Assembly (NCBI GenBank): GCA_040755995.1
Contig: JBFMAF010000010.1
Span: 160,001-224,000, forward strand
DNA: 64,000 nt
Direction of reading: 5' to 3'
DNA from: Acidobacteriota bacterium
GTDB lineage: Bacteria; Acidobacteriota; CAIWXX01
Both the position numbers and the translations under genes were made by a program. The number at the start of each line of letters is the position of its first letter. The first letter of the stretch is position 1. The notes beneath the pieces were generated by a model that made no database searches, was not told the origin of the DNA, and saw nothing but the letters and a program-made list of their open reading frames with translations. Below, piece by piece: positions 55,525 to 64,000 of the stretch.

Positions 55525-58500
55525 TTATCTGTCTAGCGCCTCGCGCACCTTTTCGGCCAGTGAAGTCACCGTGAACGGTTTCTGAATGAAAAGCACGCCT
55601 TCTTCCACGATGCCGTGGCCCGCGACAATGTCGGCGGTGTACCCGGACATAAACAGGCATTTCATGTCCGGCTTCACGGGACTGAGTGATTCCGCCAGTT
55701 CCCTGCCGTTCATCTCCGGCATCACCACGTCGGTGACGAGCAGGTGGATGGGTCCAGGGTATTCACCGGCCAGGCGAATCGCTTCAACAGGCTTGGAGGC
55801 GGCAAGCACCGTGTAGCCCAGCCGTTCAAGAGTTCTCCTGGCAATGTTCAGAATCGCCGCCTCGTCCTCGACGATCAGGATGGTCTCCGATCCCCCGAGT
55901 GGCACTCGCGCCAGGCTCGGTGCCTGCTCCAGGACGGGCTCGGCCTCGTACCGAGGCAGGTAGATCTTGAAAGTCGTACCTTGGCCGGGCTCGCTGTACA
56001 CGTTGATGAGGCCGCCGTTTTGCTTGACGATGCCATAGACAGTTGCAAGGCCCAGGCCCGTCCCCTTGCCTACCTCTTTGGTTGTGAAGAACGGTTCGAA
56101 GAGGCGTCCAAGGGTGTCCTTGTCCATCCCCCGGCCGGAGTCGGTTACGGCCAGCATGACGTACTGGCCTGCGGCACAATCCACGCGCGACCGAGCGTAG
56201 GCCTCATCGAAGACCACGTTGGCCGTCTCGATGGTCATCCTGCCCACCCCGCCAATCGCATCACGGGCGTTGACGGCCAGGTTGGCCAGGACCTGGTCGA
56301 TCTGGGAGGGATCGATCTTCACGCTCCAGAGGTCAAGACCCGGCATCCAGGCCAATTCGATATCCTCGCCGATGAGCCGTCGGAGCAGCTTGAGCGTGCC
56401 TGAGACGGTGTCGTTCAGATCCAGCGTTCTGGGGCTGACGATCTGCTTTCGAGCGAAGGCCAGCAGCTGGCGCGTGAGGTCCGCGGAGCGCCGTGCGGCT
56501 TGTTGGATCTGATCGAGACTCTCACGCAGGGGGCTGTGCGGACCAGCCCCTTCGAGCGCCAGCTCGGTATTTCCCAGGATGGCCTGTAGCATGTTGTTGA
56601 AGTCGTGTGCCACGCCGCCGGCCAGCCTCCCCACGGCCTCCATCTTCTGTGCATGGAGCAGCTGCGCCTGTAGTTTCTTCCTCTCCTCCTCCGCCCGCCT
56701 GCGCTCGGTGATGTCCTCGGTCGTTCCTTCGTAGTACAGAACAGTCCGGTCCGGCCCACGGACGACTCTCGCGTTTTCGCTTACGAAGATGCTGGAGCCA
56801 TCACGCTTGGTCCACACACTGATCCTTCCTCTGATCTCGCCTTCCCGTTCGATCTCTTCCTTGAAGGCGCAACGGGGATAGTCCGGGTCGTAGCCATCCC
56901 GTTCGAGGTTGCGTGCGGCGAGCTCGTCGAAAGAAGAGTAGCCCAGCATCTGGATCAGAGCCCGATTGGCTGCCAGAATACGGCCGTCGGGTGTCGTGCG
57001 ATAGACACCCACTTGGGCATTCTCGAAAAGAGTCCGATATTGTTCCTCGCTTTCCCGCAGCGCCTCCTGCGCCCGCTTGCGCTCGGTGACGTCACGCGAC
57101 ACGCCATAGATGCCCACCATGGCGCCCCTGGCGTCCCGAATCGCCTTCATGCGGTTCTCCATCCAGACGGTGGAACCGTCCTTTCGGTAGTACTCCAGCT
57201 CGATCGCAACAGACCGATCTGCATCGGCGACACTTTCCTCTTCGCGCTGAAGCTCTTCGATGAACAGCCTCTGGGCCCGCTCGAGAGATTCGGGTGAGAT
57301 GATCTCCTCCAGCGACTGCTTCTTCCGCTCCTCGGGCGTAAACCCAAGCACCTTCTCGACGGAGGGGCTCACGTAGGTCGTATGGAAATCCAGGTCCGCG
57401 GTCCATACGACGTCCGCCATCCTCTCGGCCAGGAACTTGAACTTCTCTTCGCTTTCTTTGAGCGCCTCCGCCGCCCGCCTGTTCTCGGTGATGTCATCCC
57501 CGGAGGAAAGTGTGCCGATGATAGCACCGCTGTCGTCTCTGACAATCGCGTTGTGCCAGGCGATGAGCCGCTCCTCTCCGCCCCGCGTCACCACGTCGTT
57601 CTCCACGTATTCGTCTAACTCCAGCTGTCCAGCCATGATCCGCGCGAAGACACTTCTCACCCGGTCGCGGACGCGGTCGGGGATGAAGTGCTCGAACCAG
57701 TTCTTCGCGAGGACATCCTTCTCGGCACATCCGAGGATTTCGCACGCCTTCCGGTTCACCGACACCACGTTGGCGTCGGCGTCGAGAGCGACGATCATGA
57801 CCCCGGCGACGTCGAGATACTGCTGCGCTCTCTGCGTCTCCTTCCGCAGCCGATTCTGCGCGGCGCGCTCCTGCGTCTGATCGCGAAAGACGAGCACCAC
57901 GCCGGTGATCCTGCCATGCTCGCCGCGAATGGGCGCGCCGCTGTCGGCGATGGGCCGCTCGCTGCCGTCGCGCGCGATGAGCAATGAGTGGTTGGCCAGG
58001 CCCACAACTATGCCTTCGCGCAGGACGCGATCAACGGGGTCTTCGACAGTCTGGCGTGTGTCTTCGTTGATGATGTGGAAGACTTCGTCGAGCGGCCGGC
58101 CTCGCGCCTCGCTCTCGCGCCAGCCGGTGAGAGTCTCGGCCACATGGTTCAACATCTCGACACGGCCGTCGGCGCCGGTGGTGATAACGCCGTCCCCCAC
58201 GCTCATCAATGTGGCGCGGTAGCGCTCCTCGCTCCGGCGCCGCGCCGCCTCGGCCTCGAACAACTCGCGGTAGTGCGCCCGCTGGCTCGCCTGCCAGACA
58301 AAGCCCACTGCGGTGGTCGCAGCTGCGAGAAGCGACAGGATCAGTGCAAAGATGAGGGCCGTCCGGAAGCGCCAGGCGGCGAACGCCTCCGTCTTGTCCA
58401 CCTTGGCCACCATGAACCAGGGCGAATCTGGAATGGCCTTCAGAACCGAGACCACCTCGACCCCCCGATAGTCCTCCCCCTCTACAACCCCTTCCTTGCC

Positions 58501-59247
58501 CAACACCGCCATGACCGCGGGCACCTCTGTCTGGCTCAACGGTATGCGCAGCTTGAGCGCGGTGTTCTTCTGGTGGCGCAGGTCGTTCAAGAACAGGACG
58601 GCGTCTCCATGCCGTCGGACGAGCAGCGTCTCGGCGGTGCGGCTGGGTGTGGGCCAGGACTGGATCAAGGGGTAGAGAAACTGACCGGCATCGCACCTTA
58701 GAATGACCGCGCCGATGGGCACGGATGCATCCCCATTCCTGGCGAACAACGAGGCGATGGCATCGATATGGGGCGGCTGATCGCCGGGGCCGTCGTGCAG
58801 GTCGGAGAGCATGGGCCGTCGTTGGCGGAAAGCCTCAGCAAGTGCCCGCATCGTATCCTCATGCAGTCGGCCGCGATGATCGCCGAGGCTCAAGCGCACT
58901 TGCCCGCCTGCATCAACCAGCAAGACATCTCCGTAGTGCTCGCGGTCACGCGAGGAGCGGAACCGGGCCAGTATCCCTTCGGTCGTGTCAGCCTGCGGGG
59001 CCGCCAGCCATCGGGCGACTGCTTCATTGGAGAACGGGCTTTCCATGATCACCGCGGCATCGTCCAGCCGCTCGGCCCGCCACTGGGCGATCTGGTCCAC
59101 CTTCGACTGTGCGATGGCAATGAGGGTTCTTTCAGCCTCCTGTCGCAGCTGCCGATCCTGGGCCCGGTAGAACCATCCGCCCCCGGCCAGCAGAACCAGC
59201 ATCGTCAACGCAAAGACAACCGCCAGCCATCGCGGAAACTGGTTCAT
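55525..59247 (-). CDS. Hybrid sensor histidine kinase (Cache-like sensor, 4 PAS, HisKA/HATPase, receiver)
   Basis: Two TM segments; PAS/PAC repeats; [19 protein letters not shown]…GTGLGL; VEDE…TDVVMP…KPF. Confidence 0.93.
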   Translation of the reverse strand: MNQFPRWLAVVFALTMLVLLAGGGWFYRAQDRQLRQEAERTLIAIAQSKVDQIAQWRAERLDDAAVIMESPFSNEAVARWLAAPQADTTEGILARFRSSRDREHYGDVLLVDAGGQVRLSLGDHRGRLHEDTMRALAEAFRQRRPMLSDLHDGPGDQPPHIDAIASLFARNGDASVPIGAVILRCDAGQFLYPLIQSWPTPSRTAETLLVRRHGDAVLFLNDLRHQKNTALKLRIPLSQTEVPAVMAVLGKEGVVEGEDYRGVEVVSVLKAIPDSPWFMVAKVDKTEAFAAWRFRTALIFALILSLLAAATTAVGFVWQASQRAHYRELFEAEAARRRSEERYRATLMSVGDGVITTGADGRVEMLNHVAETLTGWRESEARGRPLDEVFHIINEDTRQTVEDPVDRVLREGIVVGLANHSLLIARDGSERPIADSGAPIRGEHGRITGVVLVFRDQTQERAAQNRLRKETQRAQQYLDVAGVMIVALDADANVVSVNRKACEILGCAEKDVLAKNWFEHFIPDRVRDRVRSVFARIMAGQLELDEYVENDVVTRGGEERLIAWHNAIVRDDSGAIIGTLSSGDDITENRRAAEALKESEEKFKFLAERMADVVWTADLDFHTTYVSPSVEKVLGFTPEERKKQSLEEIISPESLERAQRLFIEELQREEESVADADRSVAIELEYYRKDGSTVWMENRMKAIRDARGAMVGIYGVSRDVTERKRAQEALRESEEQYRTLFENAQVGVYRTTPDGRILAANRALIQMLGYSSFDELAARNLERDGYDPDYPRCAFKEEIEREGEIRGRISVWTKRDGSSIFVSENARVVRGPDRTVLYYEGTTEDITERRRAEEERKKLQAQLLHAQKMEAVGRLAGGVAHDFNNMLQAILGNTELALEGAGPHSPLRESLDQIQQAARRSADLTRQLLAFARKQIVSPRTLDLNDTVSGTLKLLRRLIGEDIELAWMPGLDLWSVKIDPSQIDQVLANLAVNARDAIGGVGRMTIETANVVFDEAYARSRVDCAAGQYVMLAVTDSGRGMDKDTLGRLFEPFFTTKEVGKGTGLGLATVYGIVKQNGGLINVYSEPGQGTTFKIYLPRYEAEPVLEQAPSLARVPLGGSETILIVEDEAAILNIARRTLERLGYTVLAASKPVEAIRLAGEYPGPIHLLVTDVVMPEMNGRELAESLSPVKPDMKCLFMSGYTADIVAGHGIVEEGVLFIQKPFTVTSLAEKVREALDR

Positions 59248-59651
59248 GTCGATGTACCTCACGCTTGAGCAGCCCACGACCGCCGTCGTATCCAGGAGAG
59301 TGATGCCCTGCAACGAAGAGAGTAGCCAATCGGTCCGGCCGCTGTCAAGCGGCCCGGCTTGCGAGGTCGCGGTGCAGAGGGGTTGACGCTGTGGCATGGC
59401 TACACTAGAGTGCGAGTAGAATCGTCCGTTGCTGACGATCCTGGCTTTGCAGGGAGTGTCCATGAACCCCATTCTTGGCCGGTGCGTTCGATCGCAGCCG
59501 ACCGTCCGTCGCATGCAGCTCCGTCGGCACGTATGATGCGATGGCGAAGGAATTCGCCGCCTGAGCCGTTATACTCGGTGTGAAGGCGACGGCACTTTGT
59601 GCGATCGATTGCGAAGAGCTCATCGAGCACCAGAGCCCGCGAGGTTGCAGC

Positions 59652-60212
59652 TTGCCCGACGTACAACTTGCTGCTCCTGACGAGCCGACCGATGCCGAGC
59701 TCATAGAGCGCGCCTCCGCTGGCGATGAGCAGGCGTTCGCGAGCATAGTCCGCCGGCACCAGGGCCTCGTTCTGTCAATCGCGTACCGGTTCCTGGGGGA
59801 GAAATCGTTGGCTGAGGACGTCGCGCAGGAAGTCTTCTTGCGCCTCTGGCGATCGGCCCGCAAGTATCGACCCGATACCGCCCTTGGAGCTTACGTGCGA
59901 AAGATCGCCGTGAACTACTGCCTCGACCTCAAGCGCAAGGAGAAAATACACGTGCCTGCGCCGGATGACAGGTGGCCCTCAGCATGGGATGCTCGCAGTG
60001 AAATGGAGGCGACGGAGCGACGGAAAGCGATCGAGGCCGCAATACAGGCGCTGCCTGCATCCCAACGGATGGCCGTCGGCCTGTTCCACATGGAGGGGCT
60101 CGCCGTCAAGGAAGTGGCAGACCTCTTGGAGACCTCGCCCAAGGCTGTGGAGTCTCTGCTGTCGAGAGCACGCACGAATCTCCGCGCGCGTCTCTCGGCG
60201 GTGTTGCGATGA
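59652..60212 (+). CDS. ECF RNA polymerase sigma factor
   Basis: AEDVAQEVFLRLW…IAVNYCLD…EVADLL…VESLLSRAR; start uncertain (59580 possible). Confidence 0.92.
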   Translation: MPDVQLAAPDEPTDAELIERASAGDEQAFASIVRRHQGLVLSIAYRFLGEKSLAEDVAQEVFLRLWRSARKYRPDTALGAYVRKIAVNYCLDLKRKEKIHVPAPDDRWPSAWDARSEMEATERRKAIEAAIQALPASQRMAVGLFHMEGLAVKEVADLLETSPKAVESLLSRARTNLRARLSAVLR

Positions 60213-60332
60213 AGCCCGGACTGGAGAAGACCGCTTGTGCCGCAGGTTGGACGCACGCCGTGCGACCCTGCCCACCCCCGCACCCGACCGAAGGATTCCG
60301 CGGGTACGCCCGTTAGTGAAAGTGTGAGGACT

Positions 60333-60773
60333 ATGATGCGGTGCGCGATCGCTCGGAGCCGAATCGCGCGGCTGAACTGCGAACATGATCTCGCCGGCCG
60401 TCCGTGGCTCTCCGGTCATCTCGATCGCTGCCCGAACTGCGCCGAAGTCTGGCGGGCCCATCTGCGACTTCTCTCCGAGCTGAGCGCCGCCTCGCCGTTG
60501 CCGGACTTCAACGACCTGGCGCCGCGAGTCCTTGCCCGGCTCGACGCGCGACCGGGTGTCCACACCCGCTACTGGGAGTGGGCCGCGGCGGCGGCCATGG
60601 TCCTCGCGGCTCTGGTCGTAGGGTACTTCATCGGCATGCAGAGCGCCGAGCTAGTGGCGTCGCGGGGGGCCGAAGCGACCTATCAGGACGTCCTCTTCGT
60701 CACGCCGTCCGATTCCGCCGAGACGGCCTATGATTCCCTCGTTGCGGACCCAATCGAAAGGAGGGTGCCGTGA
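60333..60773 (+). CDS. Zinc-finger (HxxxCxxC) membrane anti-sigma factor
   Basis: HLDRCPNC plus single TM, directly after the ECF gene. Confidence 0.82.
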   Translation: MMRCAIARSRIARLNCEHDLAGRPWLSGHLDRCPNCAEVWRAHLRLLSELSAASPLPDFNDLAPRVLARLDARPGVHTRYWEWAAAAAMVLAALVVGYFIGMQSAELVASRGAEATYQDVLFVTPSDSAETAYDSLVADPIERRVP

Positions 60774-61192
60774 GACGAATCTGGCGCAACGCCCTGCTGA
60801 TAGCGTCCCTCTGCCTGAACGTGGGGTTCCTGTCGGCATTCATCATACACATCGTCTGGCGCAGCCACACTCACTCGAGGCCGGATTTCGATCCGCCGGC
60901 GCAGGCCAAGGACCAATTCGACGCCAACTTCTCCACATTCAGAGACAGCATGGCGTCGCTGAATGAGGAGCTCGGCACGGAGAAGGCCAGGCTCGTCGAC
61001 ATCCTGGCCTCCCCGAATCCGTCACAAGAGGCCGTTCAGGCACAGCAAGACAAGATCACGGCTGTGAATGCCCGCATCACCAAGGCTTTCGCCGAACATC
61101 TCCTGAGACAGAAACGCCTTCTCACGCCCGAGGAACAGCGCCAGTTCTTCGACTTCATCAGGAGTCGCACGCGGGGCCGCGATCACCGGTAG
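60770..61192 (+). CDS. Periplasmic heavy-metal-sensor / Spy-CpxP-like protein
   Basis: LIASLCLNVG N-terminus; helical; LLTPEEQ motif. Confidence 0.82.
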   Translation: MRRIWRNALLIASLCLNVGFLSAFIIHIVWRSHTHSRPDFDPPAQAKDQFDANFSTFRDSMASLNEELGTEKARLVDILASPNPSQEAVQAQQDKITAVNARITKAFAEHLLRQKRLLTPEEQRQFFDFIRSRTRGRDHR

Positions 61193-61218
61193 CCATACCC
61201 AATCGAGGAGCATCGCCC

Positions 61219-62580
61219 ATGCAACGAACAACCAGGCAACTCGCGCGCGCCATTCTGGCTCTCTCTCTGATTTCTGGCGATTCCCCCGGGCAAGAGGCCC
61301 CTGCGTTGAGCCACCCGCTTTCCCTCAACGAGTGCGTGCGCATCGCCGTCGAGAAGAACCCCAGTGCTGCTTCTGCGCTGCACTCCGGCAGCGCGGCATT
61401 GGCTAATGTGGGCATCAGCCGCGCAGCTTATTGGCCCACCTTGGGAATCAACGGCTCACTCTCGCAGTCCCTCTTGCGGCGCCAGAACGAATCCAGCGAC
61501 TCGACATACAACGGCATCACCTCTTCGGCCGCAACCTTCTCAGGGCAGTACGATCTCTGGGACTCGGGCCGGCGCAAGGCGGCACTCGAGGAAGCACGGA
61601 CGAGCTACCAGGCGAGCGATGCGCGCTACGCGACCACCCTTCAGGATCTGGCGCTCTCGGTCGAGTCCGCCTATTTCTCGGTCCAGGGCGCCGAATGGGT
61701 GCTCGCCGTTGCGCAGGACACCCTGAAGCAAGCCGACTTCCATCTCGACATGGCAAGAACGCGCAACGAAGTAGGGCTTGCACCTCGATCAGACGTTCTG
61801 AAGGCGACGACGGCTCAGGCTGACGCGAGGCTCGGCGTGATTCAGGCCGAAAGCCTCGTCGCCAGCACACGCTCCAACCTGGCCATCCTCATGGGCTTTT
61901 CCGCTGACACGTCCGTGCAGGTGCTTCCCGCGGAGCGGGACGTCGCATTGCCCGAGCTGCCCGACTGGGCGTCCGGCTGGCAGCAGGCTCAGACCAGCCT
62001 TCCCGAGCTCCGAGCCGCCGAGCAGACGGCGGAATCGTTCCGCTTCTCCTACCTGGGCGCCAAGGCCGCTTATCGTCCGACGGTCACGGCGAGCGGCAGC
62101 GCAGGCATACTCGGCGCAGATGACTGGCCTGATCAGGATGAGTGGAGGCTCGGAGTGAGTCTCAACATTCCCGTCTTCACTGGGTACGAGAACAAGTACC
62201 GTGTGCTGCAAGCGCGGGAGGCATGGCAGAGCGCCCGAGCAGACGTACAGAGCACCTTGTTGACTGCTGAGAGGAATGCATACGAAGCACGGATCGCCCT
62301 TTCGCAAGCACTGCAGTCGGTAGTCGCGGCCAATGCCTACGTGGCCAGCGCTCAGGAGAACTCGGACGTCGCAGAAGGCCAGTACCAGAACGGCCTGGGA
62401 TCAATGCTGGACGTGGTGGACGCAACAACCTCGCTTGCAACAGCCAAACTGCGGCTCATCTCCGCCCGCCTTTCGGTCGCAACGGCGCGGGCGGCGTGGG
62501 AGCGAGCCACTGGAAAGAATCTCTTGGGAGGGATCGCCATTCCTTCCACCTCCGCTCAACTCACGGATGGAGACAAGTAA
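61219..62580 (+). CDS. TolC-family outer-membrane efflux protein
   Basis: LSLNECVRIAVEKNP, two OEP repeats, YQNGLGSMLDVVDA. Confidence 0.92.
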   Translation: MQRTTRQLARAILALSLISGDSPGQEAPALSHPLSLNECVRIAVEKNPSAASALHSGSAALANVGISRAAYWPTLGINGSLSQSLLRRQNESSDSTYNGITSSAATFSGQYDLWDSGRRKAALEEARTSYQASDARYATTLQDLALSVESAYFSVQGAEWVLAVAQDTLKQADFHLDMARTRNEVGLAPRSDVLKATTAQADARLGVIQAESLVASTRSNLAILMGFSADTSVQVLPAERDVALPELPDWASGWQQAQTSLPELRAAEQTAESFRFSYLGAKAAYRPTVTASGSAGILGADDWPDQDEWRLGVSLNIPVFTGYENKYRVLQAREAWQSARADVQSTLLTAERNAYEARIALSQALQSVVAANAYVASAQENSDVAEGQYQNGLGSMLDVVDATTSLATAKLRLISARLSVATARAAWERATGKNLLGGIAIPSTSAQLTDGDK

Positions 62581-62582
62581 CC

Positions 62583-63650
62583 ATGACTGCCAATTCCACG
62601 AAAGCAATCGCGGCCATCATCATCGGCTTGTTGCCGGTTGCCTGCAACAGGCCTGGTGGGAATCAAGCAGGGACACAAGGCTCCGTCGTTCCCGCCAAGA
62701 TGATGGACCTGCCTGCCCAGGTCATTGCCACCGGCACGGTCAACCCACGGGTCGGAGCCCAGGTGAAGGTGGGTCCGAGGGTCTCGGGCCGCCTCGAACA
62801 CCTCAACGTGCAAGTCGGGGACCGGGTCAAGAAGGGACAGATCCTGGCAGTGCTCGAACAGAAGGACCTGCGGGCCAACGTGAGCAAAGCCGAGGCGGCG
62901 CTGAGGGACGCCGGAGCAGCGGCCCGGTATGCCGAGGCCAACTACGAGCGAATGAAGAACCTCCTGCCGAAGGGCTACATCTCCCAGGACGCGGTCGACG
63001 CGGCACTAAAGGGGCGCGACAGCGCGCTGGCCCAGGTCAAGAACGCCCAGGCGACGCTGGAGTATGCCGAAGTGCAGCTCTCGTATGCCACCGTCACAGC
63101 TCCGATCGACGGCATCGTGGGGTCCGTGTCGACGCAGGAGGGAGAGACGGTCGCATCGAGCTTCAGCGCGCCCACATTTGTGACCGTCATCGATCTGGGC
63201 CGTCTTGAGGTGGATGCCTACGTGGACGAGGTGGACATTGGCGGCGTGAAGATCGGCCAGAAGGCGACCTTCACGGTGGACGCGTTCCCCGACCAGGTCT
63301 TCGACGGGGTCGTGGAGGCCATCTATCCTCAGGCAATCATCCAGGACAACGTGGTGAACTATGACGTGATCATCAACATCACAGAGTCGTACGAAGGGCT
63401 GTTGAGACCTCAGATGACGGCCACAGTCACCATCAACCTCGACTCGCTGAAAGGCGCACTGGTGATCCCGGTGAAAGCGGTTCGGCACGAGGCTGGCAAG
63501 GCGTTCGTGATGGTTCCATCCGGCGAGGGCTTCACGCAACGTCCTGTCACGCTGGGCAGGGAATCGGGCGACTTCGTACAAGTCAAGGCCGGTCTCTCGC
63601 AGGGTGACAAGGTACTGGTCGCGAGCAACGGACAGGGCGCCGAGTCGTAG
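62583..63650 (+). CDS. Periplasmic adaptor subunit (MacA-like)
   Basis: ATGTVNP…VGPRVSGRL…VGDRVKKGQIL…APIDG…VDEVDIG. Confidence 0.92.
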   Translation: MTANSTKAIAAIIIGLLPVACNRPGGNQAGTQGSVVPAKMMDLPAQVIATGTVNPRVGAQVKVGPRVSGRLEHLNVQVGDRVKKGQILAVLEQKDLRANVSKAEAALRDAGAAARYAEANYERMKNLLPKGYISQDAVDAALKGRDSALAQVKNAQATLEYAEVQLSYATVTAPIDGIVGSVSTQEGETVASSFSAPTFVTVIDLGRLEVDAYVDEVDIGGVKIGQKATFTVDAFPDQVFDGVVEAIYPQAIIQDNVVNYDVIINITESYEGLLRPQMTATVTINLDSLKGALVIPVKAVRHEAGKAFVMVPSGEGFTQRPVTLGRESGDFVQVKAGLSQGDKVLVASNGQGAES

Positions 63651-63652
63651 AC

Positions 63653-64000
63653 ATGATCGAGCTCACAGCGATCCAGAAGACGTATCACACGGGAGGTGTC
63701 GACACCCCGATCCTCCACGGAATCGACCTCGCCGTCGAAGAAGGTGAGTTCGTGGCCCTCATGGGACCCTCGGGCACGGGCAAGAGCACGCTCATGAACA
63801 TCGTCGGGCTGCTCGATCGTCCCAGCGGCGGCACTTACAAGCTAGCCGGACAGGACCTTACGGAGCTGGATGACCGCCAACTGAGCGCGATCAGGAACAG
63901 GCGCATCGGATTCGTTTTCCAGCTCTTTCATCTGCTCCCGCGAGTGAGCGTTCTGCAAAACGTGCTGCTCCCCTTCCTCTACACCGAACCGTACCCGCCT
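63653..64000 (+). CDS. MacB/LolD-like ABC ATPase (partial, runs off window)
   Basis: MIELTAIQKTY…GEFVALMGPSGTGKSTLMNIVGLLD…RNRRIGFVFQ. Confidence 0.92.
   Translation, partial: MIELTAIQKTYHTGGVDTPILHGIDLAVEEGEFVALMGPSGTGKSTLMNIVGLLDRPSGGTYKLAGQDLTELDDRQLSAIRNRRIGFVFQLFHLLPRVSVLQNVLLPFLYTEPYPP

Noticed and set aside
59247..59514. N-terminal ~89 aa extension of the hybrid kinase
   Set aside because: Low-information sequence before the first TM; the start at MNQFPRW (59247), preceded by GAGG, is more plausible.
1..64000. CRISPR array, rRNA or transposase genes
   Set aside because: No regularly spaced repeats, rRNA signatures or transposase motifs were seen by eye.

Overview
High-GC bacterial chromosomal window. 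The gene repertoire (Ser/Thr kinase-beta-propeller fusions, S9 peptidase, TolC, Lnt) suggests a diderm, possibly Acidobacteriota-like organism; this is inference only. The main find is at the left edge (minus strand, 1-3072): a compact, apparently unnamed RiPP-type cluster. It comprises a TetR regulator, a 38-48 aa precursor-like peptide (…WTKPTLEDVSGRVMAQPYIRFT), a PqqD/MftB-like RRE protein, an MftC/PqqE-like radical SAM enzyme with a Cys-poor C-terminal domain, and a translationally coupled UbiA/MenA-family prenyltransferase that is missing from the ORF track and runs off the window edge. Two matching TGACC-N4-GGTCA operators and a hairpin downstream of the precursor gene support a real regulated operon. 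The rest of the window holds: a complex I operon nuoABCDE-H-JKLMN lacking nuoF/G, with nuoI displaced upstream; an amino-acid ABC system with circularly permuted binding domains and an ATPase carrying an RsbW-like tail; PPi-type pfk; tRNA-Ser(TGA); two Ser/Thr kinases (one frameshifted); chrB plus a truncated chrA; ada; three parvulin PPIases; glgC; comEA-recA-ssb with candidate sigma54 and enhancer sites; NfeD-slipin; a catalytically degenerate PilB/GspE homologue; lnt; vapBC; a multi-PAS hybrid kinase; and an ECF/anti-sigma/Spy-like/TolC/MacAB-like operon cut by the right edge. No CRISPR array, rRNA, transposase or integrase was seen. All family calls come from motif recognition by eye, not database searches.
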